DNA of 63,762 bases, the filler included. It is 12 parts of 12 records of this genome, joined end to end, with 100 filler letters (N's around TTAATTAATTAA, not from the genome) between each part and the next. Parts side by side here need not be neighbours in the genome. Positions count along the whole stretch, not along the records: positions 9,939 to 14,614 come from SRR15195285_3251; positions 14,715 to 20,983 come from SRR15195285_3257; positions 21,084 to 30,689 come from SRR15195285_3265; 9 more parts are not named here. One strand, written 5' to 3'. The notes below the pieces were generated by a model. That model saw nothing but the letters and a program-made list of their open reading frames with translations. It did not search any database and had not been told where the DNA came from. This document shows positions 10,427-23,163 of this stretch, one piece after another. Numbering within the stretch: the first letter of the stretch is position 1; each line of letters starts with the position of its first letter. Position numbers and translations under genes: made by a program.

Positions 10427-11642
10427 ATGGATCGCCGGGTGGCCGCAGCACGATCGTCAGCGGCGCGCTGCCGCTGGAGGCAGCTGAGGTGGCGCGGGTG
10501 CAGCGGGCAGCTGCTGCTCGTGCAGCTGCTTGCCCGAGCCGGTGGCTGCAGCTTTGCTTGTGAAGTGACCTTGCGGGGCGGCGAGTGTGGTTCGGCCGAC
10601 TCGGGTTGGCAGCTGTCAGCAGCTGTGGACAGTGCAGACTGGTGTGAGGTTGCGTGCGGGTCGCAGCACTTCGGCCGTGGGGGCTGTCGTGCGGAGACAA
10701 CATGGGTGGCGATGCTGGCAGAACAAGTCGCGAGCATCTCCGAATCCAACCAGAGGACGCTGGCTGCGTTTGAAAGTCTCGGTGGAGCCAACGTTTCTTG
10801 CAGGGGGCCGGGGGCGGATGACGCTGATTACTCCGACGCCAAACGCACCTGCATTTCTCCTGTCGAGGACCTTGCGGAGTGCGAACAGCTGTGTAGGGAC
10901 GATATCGGATGCCATGGATTTGAGTATCACGAGGGCGTCTGGGATCAGTGTCGATACGCGGAGTCCGGGAATTTCGATGTGCACCGCCGGAATGACTGTT
11001 CCGACGGGCTCCCACCTGGTGTGCTGGTTCCGGGATGGTTCGAACCAGGATGCGCCAGGCGCGTCGATTCAGGGATCTGTGAGAGGTGGAAGCGCTTGCC
11101 TGTGCTAGCTTCTGAGTCGCTACATTTGTATGGTGGGTACAGCTGTCGGCTGAAGAAGAGATCTGGCGCAGCGCTGTCTGGCGAGATCGCGGGCTGTCCG
11201 TTCACCAGGGTAGTGTTCATGCTGCTGGTACTGGCCGGGTGTAGCGCGCTGGGTTGCCTGATCTATTTGTGTACGTTGGTCGCCCCGTTCTTCGTTTCTT
11301 GCCCTTAGACTCGCAACAGCGCAGTCAGCGCTCGAGACTTATCTCAAGGTTTTGATGGGTACCTTCGCAGGGTGCAAAATCAAAGTACCAGACTCCGAAG
11401 TGTCAACCAGGGGCTCGCCGCACTCGGCACATGGCTGCGAAACTGTTCCAATTGGTCCGCTATCAGCGCGCGAGAACGGTTGGACAAATGGGCCGACCGA
11501 CACTGCGGATCAAAAGGCGTGGCAAGTTGACCATGTCGCTGCCGACGCACCTCGGTTCCTACCACCGCCGTCGCCAGCACACCTGGGCCAGAGTCTGGAG
11601 CCTCCAGATTCCCCTGCTGAGACGATCGAGGCGACCTCGTGA
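10427..11642 (+). CDS. Cys-rich PAN/Apple-like single-pass membrane protein
   Basis: ECEQLCRDDIGCHGFEY...CERW motif and hydrophobic VVFMLLVLAGCSALGCLIYL. An intron at 11271-11370 joins the 11352-11642 ORF in frame. Confidence 0.6.
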
Positions 11643-11909
11643 TTGGACCAATGTGCTGATGCAACTACCAGGATCGTAGGGTTGTGGGTGTGATGGGTAC
11701 AAGACAACTAGATATCTGGCTAGAGAGCAGCATGCTCGTAAGATTATGTCCAGTACGACACGATATGTGTACAGCGATTGTTGCAGATGACATCATGATC
11801 AGCAAAATGGCACAGTGTCGCTCGTCGATCGATAACGTCAACAGACGAGCAATCGATATGCTGCAGTTTGACTTTCACAATCTATTATGTTACAAGCCAT
11901 GCGTGCTGT

Positions 11910-14507
11910 CTAGTGCTCTGTGTCAGGATCCATGAACGCCGCGGCCTCGTCCGCATCTCGAAAGAAGCTGGCGAGGATCGCTCGATGTGTCTTGAGCTGT
12001 GCCACCATGGCTGGTCTACCTGCAAGATTGGTGTGGCCGATTGGGAATTTGTCGAAATCAGTCCCATCATCGCCTGTGTGGTCATACAGCTCCTCGCCAA
12101 GCCTGCGACCCCAAATCCAGTGCACACAGAAGCGTCACCTCTCGCGTGGGGCAGAAATGAAAACGAAGCTTCAGTTGACGGTGCTGCTGCAACACTCACA
12201 GCGATGATGTGGCAGCCGAGTCGTCCAGCCACCCGTCCGCATGAACCGCCAATGCGGTGCCGTTCCAACGCATCCAGCGCGTGTACCGCATGTTCTCTGA
12301 CCTCAATGAGTAGCCCATCGCAAAGATATCCGAAACGGCCGAGCTTTTGCAGTAGTTTTTCTCGTACGCCGAGGTCGGCCAGTGCGCTGGATCTGAGTCA
12401 AGCGGCTCTCCACAGCGTGGAAAGTCTGAGAAGGTGTGTGTGCGTTGCTGCTGTGCCCGGTGCACTGTCACGACGACGCCTTTTTCTGTGTTAGCAGCGG
12501 CAGCAGCAAGCAAAATAGGTGTAAAGTCCACGCCGTCCAGGGCCGAAGCGTTGGCCGGTGGCCCAGAACGTGTCAGTGCCGCCGCCGATGGGTAGATGTC
12601 GACTGCAAGGCGCACCAATGCACTGTGGAGTAAGGAAGGGCACTGTACCCACACCACGGCAGTGTAGATTGATCATACCTAGTTCGACCGGCGCGCTGAT
12701 CACAGTGCCAGCCAGATTCTGGATCCACGGAACCTTAACAATCAGTGGCACGCGGACAGAGTGCTCATAGTTCGTGAATTTATGCCACAGATTGCCTTCG
12801 CCCAAGCCCCCTGTGGCAAGCAACAAGTTAGGGCGTCGCACAGCTGCCACATGGGATTCAAAGCCAACGGACTGCGCACATCCATGATCGGCGTGAAAGA
12901 TGACGACAGTGTCTTTCCCTAGATCCAACTCCTCCAGCACTGCCAGTGTCCGCCCAATCGAGTCATCCATTAACGATATAGCTGCATAGTATGCGCGGCG
13001 GAGCGAACTGGCAAATGTAGCATCGACTGGCGACCCACGGCTGTAGTTCACAAACGTGGCAGCCGTGAGAGGGTTCTGTCCGCGTTGGGACGCAGGTCGA
13101 CCCTCCTCCCACAGTACCCACTCACACTGGTCTCCACACTGACGAAGTCAGCAACCAGCAGAGGACTTAGCTGCAACCAATGGCGAGATCATAAGGCAGC
13201 AAGATGGTAGCATCAGTATACAATTGATTAGCGTTACCGTGAACGCAATGTTAGGCGCATCGTTGTAAACGTTTGGCTGCGTCGGTGGCGCTACTTCCCG
13301 ATTTGCATAGAGGTCCCACCACTTCTTTGGCAGTCGCCATGGTAGGTGCGGACGCCGGTGTCCAGCAAAGATTGCGAACGGTCGCTGTTGCTGTTTCGCG
13401 AGCCGAAGTGAGTCAATAGTTGCGTTGGCGAGTCTGTGATCAAACGTGTCGTCTTCAGGGACATCAAGGATACACAGTGAGCGGGTATATCCATTGGCGG
13501 ATACGTTCTTCCCTGGCCAATGCTCATCGACAACTGGGCACCCCTCTTCCGAGAACGGAAAGTACTCCTTATCTTGCGACCAAGAGTGTGGCTGGTCATA
13601 GTTGGCAGGGTGGCCTGGGTGATACCTGCTCCCGGAAAACAAGAACTTTGATCAACCAGCTTTGAGTGAACAAGAATGCAGGCCAACTTTGACCAACGAA
13701 CACAGAGGTACGAAGAGGCACACAGAGAGCCACACAGTGTGCCCGTACGTACGTCTTCCCCCCGCCTAGCGTCAGGTACCCATGATCCTTGTAGTGCTGT
13801 GGGTGTGGTACCCAGAATTGCCCAGCTGGGAGACGTGCGTGTCTGAAATCGCCCTTGAACGTCCACAGCTGCAGAGTGCCCGGACGCAGCCCACTCTGCA
13901 CATGTTTGCGTGCATAGGCAGAGTCAGAGACGCGTGCAGGCAAACTGCAGTGTCCTGAGTGCTGACAGAAATTTACCATAAACGAGTCTCGGCTCGGTGC
14001 GCACACAGCATGATTGCAGTACGCATGGGTGAAGGTCGCGCCAGCCGAAGCAAGGCGGTCGAGGTGCGGGGTCAGCGCCATGTGTGGATGTCGGCTCCCC
14101 AGCGCCGTACGGAGGTCATCGACCATGAAGTATAGCAAATTCTTGGCACCTGGAGGACTTGGCGTCGGAGGACTTGGTGGCGCTGGGTGCCATGTTTGAC
14201 CCGAGATGCACTCTCCGGTGCCCTTGCACTGGTAAGGCCCACGTTCTGGGGATTGAAAGTGGTTGCATGTTGGCTGTCCTTCCTTCGCATAGAAGCAGTA
14301 GGCGCCACAGCGAGGATCCGCGCCACACGACGCGCAGCATTCATCTGCTGTCGTGGTGTTGGTCAGCTGGGCGATCCGACTAGCGCTGATGCAGCAGTGC
14401 TGCTGGTCACCGACAGCACACGAGGGCCCAGCTTGCGCACTGGAGCTACTCTGTGCTGCTGGGGGCAACAGCAGTGCAAGCGGCACAATCAGCGCACGTG
14501 GGACCAT
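11910..14507 (-). CDS. Secreted formylglycine-dependent sulfatase (iduronate-2-sulfatase-like) with N-terminal PAN/Apple module; multi-exon
   Basis: Signal peptide, NLLYFMVDDLR, TPHLDRLA, CAPSR signature, GGGKTY, RPHLPW, FHADHG, RVPLIV, MGYSLRS...RYTRW and EELYDH, spread over consecutive minus-strand ORFs. Confidence 0.92.
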
Positions 14508-14714
14508 GGCTGCACGCGACGGACGTGCGCGTTTGCGTCGCGCGCGATTACGCGCGATACCCCCGCGGCTATGGTACTCGCGCGAGCCCTATTCAGACTT
14601 CAGAGTTCCAGCTGNNNNNNNNNNNNNNNNNNNNNNNNNNNNNNNNNNNNNNNNNNNNTTAATTAATTAANNNNNNNNNNNNNNNNNNNNNNNNNNNNNN
14701 NNNNNNNNNNNNNN

Positions 14715-17700
14715 CCGATCCAGCAACGCCCTGCCAGCAGTGCGAGCCTGGAAAGTACGCCGAGGTGGGTAGTAGCGTTTGCACGGACTGCACTGCTCGT
14801 ATACACTGCGTCTGTACAACCCCCGCCGATACTTCTGGTTACGCGGCGATCTCGGAGATGAATTTAGACCTACGCGCAGGAGTGTTCAACGTCTCGGTAG
14901 AGTGTGCTGACACGTATCTTGGCCTAGGGCGAGCGACCCCTTGCGCCGCCAACGGTTCATACACGTTGTCTGGGTGCACACCGATCGCTTGCACCACACC
15001 TTTAGACGTCACCGGCTATCAGATCACAGAGACGGAGCTGTTTGCGCCAGGCTTTGACGTCATGGCAAGTTGTGCCGTTAACTACGAGGGCACCGCATCT
15101 GTGACGGCCTGCAATTCGCCTGGTCCGTATCATCTGAATGGCTGCTCGCCGATTGTCGGCCGGTGTGCCGGGAACACGTGGCAACCAGATTTCAATTGCA
15201 GCACCACTGTGCAGAGGCTAGTGGACAACGCATCGACTACGGTGGGGAATGACACAGCAGGATGCTGTGAGGATATCACAGGTCTCTGTGCCGGCAACAC
15301 TGCGGGCATATCAGCCGACTTTGACTGTAGTTCGACCGGTCGGGTGCTCAAACGTGCTGCACGAACGATCGTCAGTACTGGGCTGGCACGAGATTGCTGT
15401 GACCTAATGCCATGTTCAGCACCAGGTATAATTATAACGACTGCAGCACCACTAGTCATTACGCCGTCGTCCTCTGCATCAGTCAGCGCTGTGGGAACTT
15501 TGCCACTCTGTGTAGTACCACCGGGAGCATTTCTGCGATGGGAATGGTCGATCAGCGACCCAGCTGTGACTCTAGACCCAGGGACGCGCAGCACGAACCA
15601 ACTGCAGTTGCTCCCGTTTACGTTCTTGGCTAGGGTCTCAGCTAGCCTGAGTGTTCGTGGCGCACTCAGCAGCAATCCCAATGAGACAACAACGTCATCA
15701 ATTCAGCTGCTCGTGCTGCCCACTCCCGAGGTTTTTGCGGTGATTTCCGGCGGAAGCTATCGTAGAATTTACCGCGGCGATGCTATTACGTTGGATGGAA
15801 GTATGAGCTCCGATCCAGACACTCCAGTGGCCGACTGGGATAGCATTCAGTGGTCCTGCGTCGATGTGACGACGAATGTTGGGGCCGATATGCCATGCTT
15901 TGCTGACGAACCTGGACCGACAAGTGGCGTGATCTTTCGCGTCGATAGTGCACAGCTGTCGACTTTCACTGAAAAAGTAGAGATAGCGTTAGTTGTTGAA
16001 GCAAATGGACGGACAGACCGAGCAGTCGTCACAGTGGAAGTTGTTGCAGTGCCTGTCCCAGAGGTGTCTGTTGTGGCTGTCCAGCCGAAGTATAGCGCCA
16101 GTCAGAGAATATCTCTCGTTGGAGACGGGCAACCAGTGGACGCAGACCACTCTGACTTCACCTGGGCGTGGTCTGCAAACCTGTTAGCTGATACCGAAAT
16201 TCAAGAGGGAAATTGGCGCCAAGTCCTTGGGCGTGTTGATCTGGACGCAGTTTCGACGACAGCGAGCACAAACCAAGTCCTGGTCATTAACCCAGGATCA
16301 TTAACTGCAGGGGCAAGCTATCGTTTTCGACTTGAAGTGAACGACGGTCGTGCGACAGGGTTAGCGCAGATTGACCTGCATATGAATTTGCCACCTGCCG
16401 ATGGCACCCTCAGCGTCGTTCCTGCCAGTGGAACCGCAATAACAGAAAATTTTGCCATTTCCGCTAGTGGCTGGGCTGATGAGGACCTCCCGCTGACATA
16501 CGCTTTTGGGTACACAGATAGGCCTGTTTCTGCACGTTCCGTTGAGAATGCCCTGACTGAAGCTGCCAATGACTTGAGTGTCTTAGTAGTTCTGCCAGCA
16601 GGCACATTCTGGTTGAGGGTTGTCGTTTCAGACTCTTTTGGAGCGTCGGCCGTGGCGCAAACTGAAGCGGAAGCCACAGCGTACCAACCAGCTGCGCACT
16701 CTGACATCACCACTGATGCAGAAGAAATGCTGAGCGTCAGCATAACCAACGGCAACAGTGCGCAGGCAACTCAGCTTGTCTCTGCGTTTGCTGGTGCGCT
16801 GTCAGATCAGACCACTGAGTCGGGCGGATCAGAAGCCCAGCTGTCGTCAGCACGACAGGTTAGGTCTGTCCTCGCCTCTGCTCTCTCAAACGTTGCAGCA
16901 GGTGCACAAAACTTTTCTAGTGGTCAACTCCGGCTAGTGGCGCAGGCCACATCGGCAGTAGCGAGCGAACCTGATCAGGTCACGCCTGCAGCGCTGGAAG
17001 GCACTGTCAACGCCCTTTCGTCCCTTGGGTCTGCCAGCGCGATGGAAGGCAAAGTGAAAGCACCAGAAGGAGCCCAGTGCAGCAAGACAGAAGTGTGTGC
17101 TCCTCATTGTAGCAATGTTGTGACGTGCGTGGACGCCAACGGGGCTGGAGTGACGCCAGTGGTCGAACAGGTTGACCCAGTGTTGATCACGAGTGTCGTC
17201 AACGCGATCAGTAATGTAATCTACTCCACTCAATCGGCTTCTTCATCTCGCCTTGTGGTTGCTGTGTATTGAATCGATAGAGCTGAAACTTGGAGCAGGT
17301 ACATGCGGCAAACGTACGATCGAGTGCCGCACCAACAACAAACACTTCTGCAACTGCTTCTCACGCAGAGAGCCTTCGACGTCTGGTACGGAAGTCGCAG
17401 GCAGCTATGACTGCGGGTGTCTTCGCAGGAGAAGCCATCAAGAAAATCACCTCACCTAACTTGGACCTAGCGACGCAGGTTGGTTCACCAGAGAAGCTGA
17501 GCAGCGTTGTGGCGGAGGTCGCTGCTGATGTCAAGGTTCACGCACCCGTAGCAGCGTTTGGAGCGTATCCCACTGTCACAATGTCTGCCGTTGCGTGGTA
17601 CGGCCCTCCTAGTTCAGATTGTCTGCAAATGTTACTGTCATCGTTCAGTTGTACACTCCGAGACCTTATCCGTACGAGAGCCCTCACACCGCGCTGGTGG

Positions 17701-20080
17701 TCAAACGTTCCTCAGGGCGGCCGGTGCATCTCCGTTTCCTACGAAACAAGCGCCACAAGCCACTATGCTATCCGAACCCACGGACAAGGAAAGTCGTCGG
17801 CGCCTCGGAACTGTGAATGCGACTAGCAATCCTTGTGAAGGTCTTATCTTAACGACCGACGGAAAGATTCGCCGACAAGGAACGCTATGTCCCAGCATAC
17901 CAACATCGTCATGGCATGCCAGCATCAACTTCTCTGCTTACAATCGATCGCAAGTGTGTGAGGCTCATGTGTGGACAGAAGGCACTTCGTGCAATGACTT
18001 CTGTGGGCGGCAAGGGCGGGATTGTCTGCACGCACAGAAAAGTATTGAAGAGTCGTGCGGCCTAGACCCTGCGCATGACAGGCAAGATGTGGACCAAAAC
18101 GGCTGCCAGCAGCGGTGGGACAACCAGATCTGTGGCTGTTCAGTACCGAAGGATATCCCGACAACTAACAGCAGTGTCATTAGTACCAGGGTTCTGGGTC
18201 TTGAATACTCGAGTATTACGGGTGAACCACTGCGCATCGAACACTTGGGAACGCCTTTCGTATTGCAGCTATCGCTTGACAAAGGAATCTTCGCCTGCGA
18301 TGCTGTATCCAAGAGTTTAGAACTGTGCAGTGGCAGATGCATACCCCGGGATAGTTGCGCAAATCGCGAGCACCAGTACTGCTCCTTCTTCAATGTCGAG
18401 CTCGATACCTGGGAGATCGACAAAAAGTCACGCCGTGGTCACGTTTCTGCAGATGGCCGTAGTGTTACGTGCGAGTTCGACCATCTAACTGAAGTGGCAT
18501 CATTTCTTGGTCCTAGCCCGTCAAAGAAGTTCAATGAACCATGCTTTTCTTGCCTCAGCGATTTTCTGAGCAACCCCTGGGGCATCATCATCGTATTGAC
18601 TGGGCTGGTGTTGCTAGTATGCACGGCGATGGGCACTCTGTGCAAACACTACCGATATAGTCAGCGTGTACCCGATCAGATCGCGCTTAGCAAGTTTGCA
18701 CAGGCGCGGAAGAGGGTAAAGGCCCGGGACGCAGATATCAAGACCTCATTGGCGGAGGACGTGGGGCACAAGCTTCGGCATGACTGCGGTTGTGGTGGCA
18801 TCTTGTGCCCTCTGCCTGGCGATCCGTTCGATTGGTGCCAACGTGGGCTACTGCTCGTAACAACATTGCTGGTGAACCTGATGGTCAGCTTGATGTTCTT
18901 TCAGCCTGAGGATGACGAAGTGGCCTGTGTTAACAAGTGCGAGCAGCAGGACAGGAGTCAGGAAGAAGTGTGCACGACCGTGTGCAACGAGCCGGAGAAA
19001 GACGGAATATGGATATCTTTAGTAACTGCATTGATCTCCATACCTGCCACTATGGTCATCACTGCAGCTTTGATGTGGCTGCGCAGTCCAGTCGTTGCGG
19101 CAGTGGAACCAAGGCTCAAGGACAAAAAGCACTCGGTTCCAAAGATGATAAAGACGCTTAAAGCCGCAAGCAAGTCAAAAGCGTGGGCAGCCAAGCAAAA
19201 AGCTGCAGCAGCAAAGACTGGCAACAGTCGCAGTACCGTGCTCCCTCCTCAGAGGAGAGGTGGCACCAAAGTCTTGCAGACGAGCACCCGCGTGGCGAGG
19301 GCACCCGATATGCCACGCGCTCTCGCGACTGTGGTAAGAGTCCAGAGGATTGCCAAGAACGGCGTGCGGGCTGATATATGTACGTCGTCCGATTCAGACA
19401 TGAACTCAGACACGGACACGGGCACGGACGCGGCTAGGAGCGTCGACGAAGAAGCCGACATTCCAGAGCTAGTATTACCTCCAGCTGATATCGCACGCAG
19501 CAAGGAGGAGGACACCCGTCCTGCGCTTGGGGTGACATCCACAGCATTTGCTGTCGTACCTGCTGCACATCAGTTCCGCAAGAATGTCAAAAGGAAGGCG
19601 AACAAGAAAACCATCAGTCTAGATGCGTATGTGGATGCATGCATTGCCAAGAACATTGAGCTGGAGAACCGCCAGGTCACAGCTAGAGTCCCGCTACCAC
19701 GCAAGCCCAGCGCAGCCTGCGTACCGGTCCTGGTTGGCCTTATCTGCGGGCTGTTGAGTCTCTTCATGATTTATGGCATTGCAGCCAAGCTTGGACCTGT
19801 AAGCTGAATTTGCTAATCCCCCTGCCAAACTATAATTATAGACCTACCCAAATCCGTGCACGTGCAGGCTATAGGACTAACACGACGTTGGCGGGCTATG
19901 CAGAACCACACAAGACTTTGGTTGATTGCGACATTGATCTCGTTGGGCATGGGTGTTGTGTCCGACACGGTCAAGGTCGTTGCGATATCCATTGTGCTCA
20001 AGCACTTCGAGCGATTTTCTGACGTTGGCGAAGAGATCATTCATGCCATCGCAGGCGAGCTCGAATCGAATGACCTTTGA
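14715..20080 (+). CDS. Polycystin-1-like (REJ + GPS + multi-TM) protein; 5'-partial, multi-exon
   Basis: Cys-rich repeats, ITLDGSMSSDPD, LTAGASYRFRL, NLPPADGTLSVVPASG...WADEDLPLTYAF (REJ), CSFFN...W...TCEFDHLTE (GPS), then several hydrophobic helices. Confidence 0.85.
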
Positions 20081-20750
20081 GTCTTCGCTCGCTTCTTGAG
20101 GCCATTAGAGCGGCAAGATGCCGCGCACAGCATTAGTAGATAATACCACCCCCGTCGTGGGTGGCATTATGGGACGCCAGGCGTCTACAAATCTCCCCAC
20201 GCAACCAATAATTATCAGCCGACCAGCAAGAACCTGATGATGTAAAAGCGTTGGTTGATGATACAAAGATGAGAAGGTAGTGTAGTTTTCTTTAAAAAAA
20301 ACCATATCCTAGATAGTACATTGTCATTGTCATTTCACCACACAGGCCCATGTAGTAGAGGATCAGGAAGAAGAACTCGCTGGTGTACCGTGTGGCCAGG
20401 TGCCTGGTGACTGAGACCTGCACCAGGGGCTAGACCCCGCATCGCCACCACGCAGCACGCGTGGCGCCACTTCCACCAACAAACCGGCAACAATCGAAGG
20501 TCTTTCCAGGCCGATTCTCACATACTAGAATACCGGCTACGACGTTGAGATCATACCTTAAGGTAGTTGAAATTCACCTACCGGTATGGAGAAATGGTAC
20601 TATTTTCCAATACAGACTACGCCAAATATTTAGATCAAAATACTCCGGCGCTTGATTATGCATGGATGAGGATCGGCCTGGCTTTGGCCCTCGATTCCCT
20701 GCCCGGGTGCGCAACTGCGCATGATGCGAGCGCGTTTCGATAGCGAAGTT

Positions 20751-20983
20751 CGCCAGAAGATTGGTCCGCCCATGAACATGCCCACGAATCCGTATTGAGC
20801 TTTGCCGTCGGTGTAATCTGCCTTGTTGCTGGAATCATAGTACACTCGCAGTGTCTTTTCTCCGTTTTCATTGAAACATATCCCCTGATGACGATTCTCG
20901 TAAAGGTACTTGATCATGTGCATTGCCGCCTTGAAAGCTTCGTGAGTCGGCTGTGACATTACCCTCTGTAGATAGTTGATTCC
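20751..20983 (-). mobile_element. Ty1/Copia LTR retrotransposon fragment (RT C-terminus / RNase H start)
   Basis: INYLQRVMSQPTHEAFKAAMHMIKYL...GICF...LRVYYDSS...DGKAQYGFVGMFMGGPIFW matches the Copia pattern. Similarity stops after the W, and the contig edge cuts the other side. Confidence 0.8.
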
Positions 20984-21083
20984 NNNNNNNNNNNNNNNNN
21001 NNNNNNNNNNNNNNNNNNNNNNNNNNNTTAATTAATTAANNNNNNNNNNNNNNNNNNNNNNNNNNNNNNNNNNNNNNNNNNNN

Positions 21084-22714
21084 AGCAGCAGCAGCAGCAG
21101 CAGCAGGCAATGTCGCCACATCCGGCATCTTCGACGTCATACTTTCCATCCTCACCCACGCAATCCTCGTTGGTTGTACAACCTGCCAGTAGCCCGCCGT
21201 CGCTGGCAGACCAACTCCGTGAGCTGGTACAGTTGAAGGCGGAGGGTCTCATCGACGAGGCTGAATTCCAGATAATGCGCAAGTCGCGACTGAGCAGTTC
21301 AATGACGAGTGATGCAGCAGCTGCAGCTGCTACGTATGATCGTTCGCCGACGAATTGGGCTCGTGGTTCTCCTGCAGAAGTGACGACATCTGTGCGTACA
21401 CCGCGCCGTCACGGGTCGCCTCGTTCTCCAAAACGCAGATCTCCGGTTTATGGCTTTCAACTGGATGATGGCGACAGAACGCGCCCCCACATCGACCACA
21501 TGTTCGAGGAGACTGCGAGTGAAGCGATTCACCGCTGGACAGGCCATCAGGGCGAGGTACAGGGACTAGAATCAAAGCTGGACCAAATGTGGCAGCATAT
21601 TGAAGAGATGCGGCAAGATCAGCTCAGCCCTCAACATGACACCTCGGCGGCTGTGTACCGGAGTCCGATGGTGTCAGATCAACCAAATGCTGAGCTCGGT
21701 TCAGATGTTGCACACTGGCACAAGGGTTTGCAGCAGCAATACGGCCGCCATCATGGCGCCAGTGCTGGATTGCTGCCGCGCAGCACTAGCATGGTCCACC
21801 CGCATTCGACCGTTGATATCCGCGCGCGGACATTCAGTGCGCCTATGAGCTCGATACCACCGTGGCGTCAAGCGCAGCCATGGGCAAAGCACATGGCTGG
21901 CGGCGCGCGCGGCGGCGATGAGCTTTTGCCAGAATTCACAGATGCGCACCGTGCTCACCAGCGCGTCTGGTCTCCTGTGCAAGACGCGATGTCATCTGGC
22001 CAGGCGTTGCCTAGCACGCTGGATCGCGAGCTTTGCCAGATGGCAACCCGCGGTGATTTGGATTCAGTGAAAGGGCTGCTACATTTCGGCGCAGACAAGG
22101 ACGCCCGAAACAGCGCTGGTGCTCCGGCCGCTTGGCTTGCCGCTGCCAACGGCCACTCTGCCGTGCTCATGGAGTTGGCTACCGTGGGGGCAGATGTACT
22201 CTCACGAGATCCGAGTGGCCACACTGCGCTAACTGTGGCATGCGTCAACGGTCACGCCGATTGTGTGTCACTGCTACTCTGGCATGGTGCAGACTACGAG
22301 GCTTCGACAAAAGGGTTTACGCCGCTTATGTATGCTGCGTGGCAAGGGTGGGCGAATTGTGCGGAGCTGCTGCTTCGAGCAGGTGCAGAGCCGATGCGCA
22401 CCAACAGCGATGGTCACACAGCATTAGACCTGGCACAGCAGCACCGACACGCCGACGTTGTTCGTCTTCTCAGGGTCCGCAGTGGTGGCAGTAGCTCTCC
22501 TGTACGGAGTGGCAGCAACGGTCGGGGTGGGCGCCATGCTGGCATGAGCTCTAGTAAGGCTCTTGGTAGGGCTGCGAGTCCGCATGGCATCTTGAGGCCA
22601 GTGGCGCATGTGCCACTGGTTGAAGAGGGAATCCCACCATCACTGAGACCAGGAATAAGGCCCAATGCAACCGACGCGACGATGCCGAGGAGTGGAAGCA
22701 GCTCCAGGAGATGA
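21084..22714 (+). CDS. Ankyrin-repeat protein with SHOCT-like motif; probably 5'-partial (contig starts in a CAG run)
   Basis: DQLRELVQLKAEGLIDEAEF (SHOCT-like). Ankyrin motifs GHTALTVACVNGH, GFTPLMYAAWQG and GHTALDLA. Confidence 0.88.
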
Positions 22715-23163
22715 CAGAGGTGGCCACCAAGATACGGCATGAACATGATTGTAGCTCTGTGCATCCATGGCGAAGCTTCGGATTACAACCACTGTGTATA
22801 GGGTAGCGGCCACAATAGTTCAAGGCTATGACCAAACTGGAATGTAGCTTAGGCACAACTAGCTAGGATAAGCGCAGCGGCTGTGGTACACCTGGCTCGT
22901 GCCACCGCGCGGCCGTGGACATGCCCGCTGTCACTGTGTTATGTGGCAACGACTGCAGGCCCGCTGCTGAAGTGCTGAGACTGAGCCACAGCAGCCGGAA
23001 CTATGGTGTGCGACCAAAGTTGTCCGTGGCACGTAAAAAGTCATTTGGCTACCCTTGTACCTTGCATCACTAGACCCTCCTCGTCGAGTTCTTGGCTGTC
23101 TCTCAAGACGCGCTGCGGCTGTCCATACAGACAGTCATAAGTGCATCATAGGGTTGCTTGCCC

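Noticed and set aside
20322-20492. TG...CA-bounded segment as a Copia LTR
   Set aside because: There is no primer-binding site, polypurine tract or second copy.
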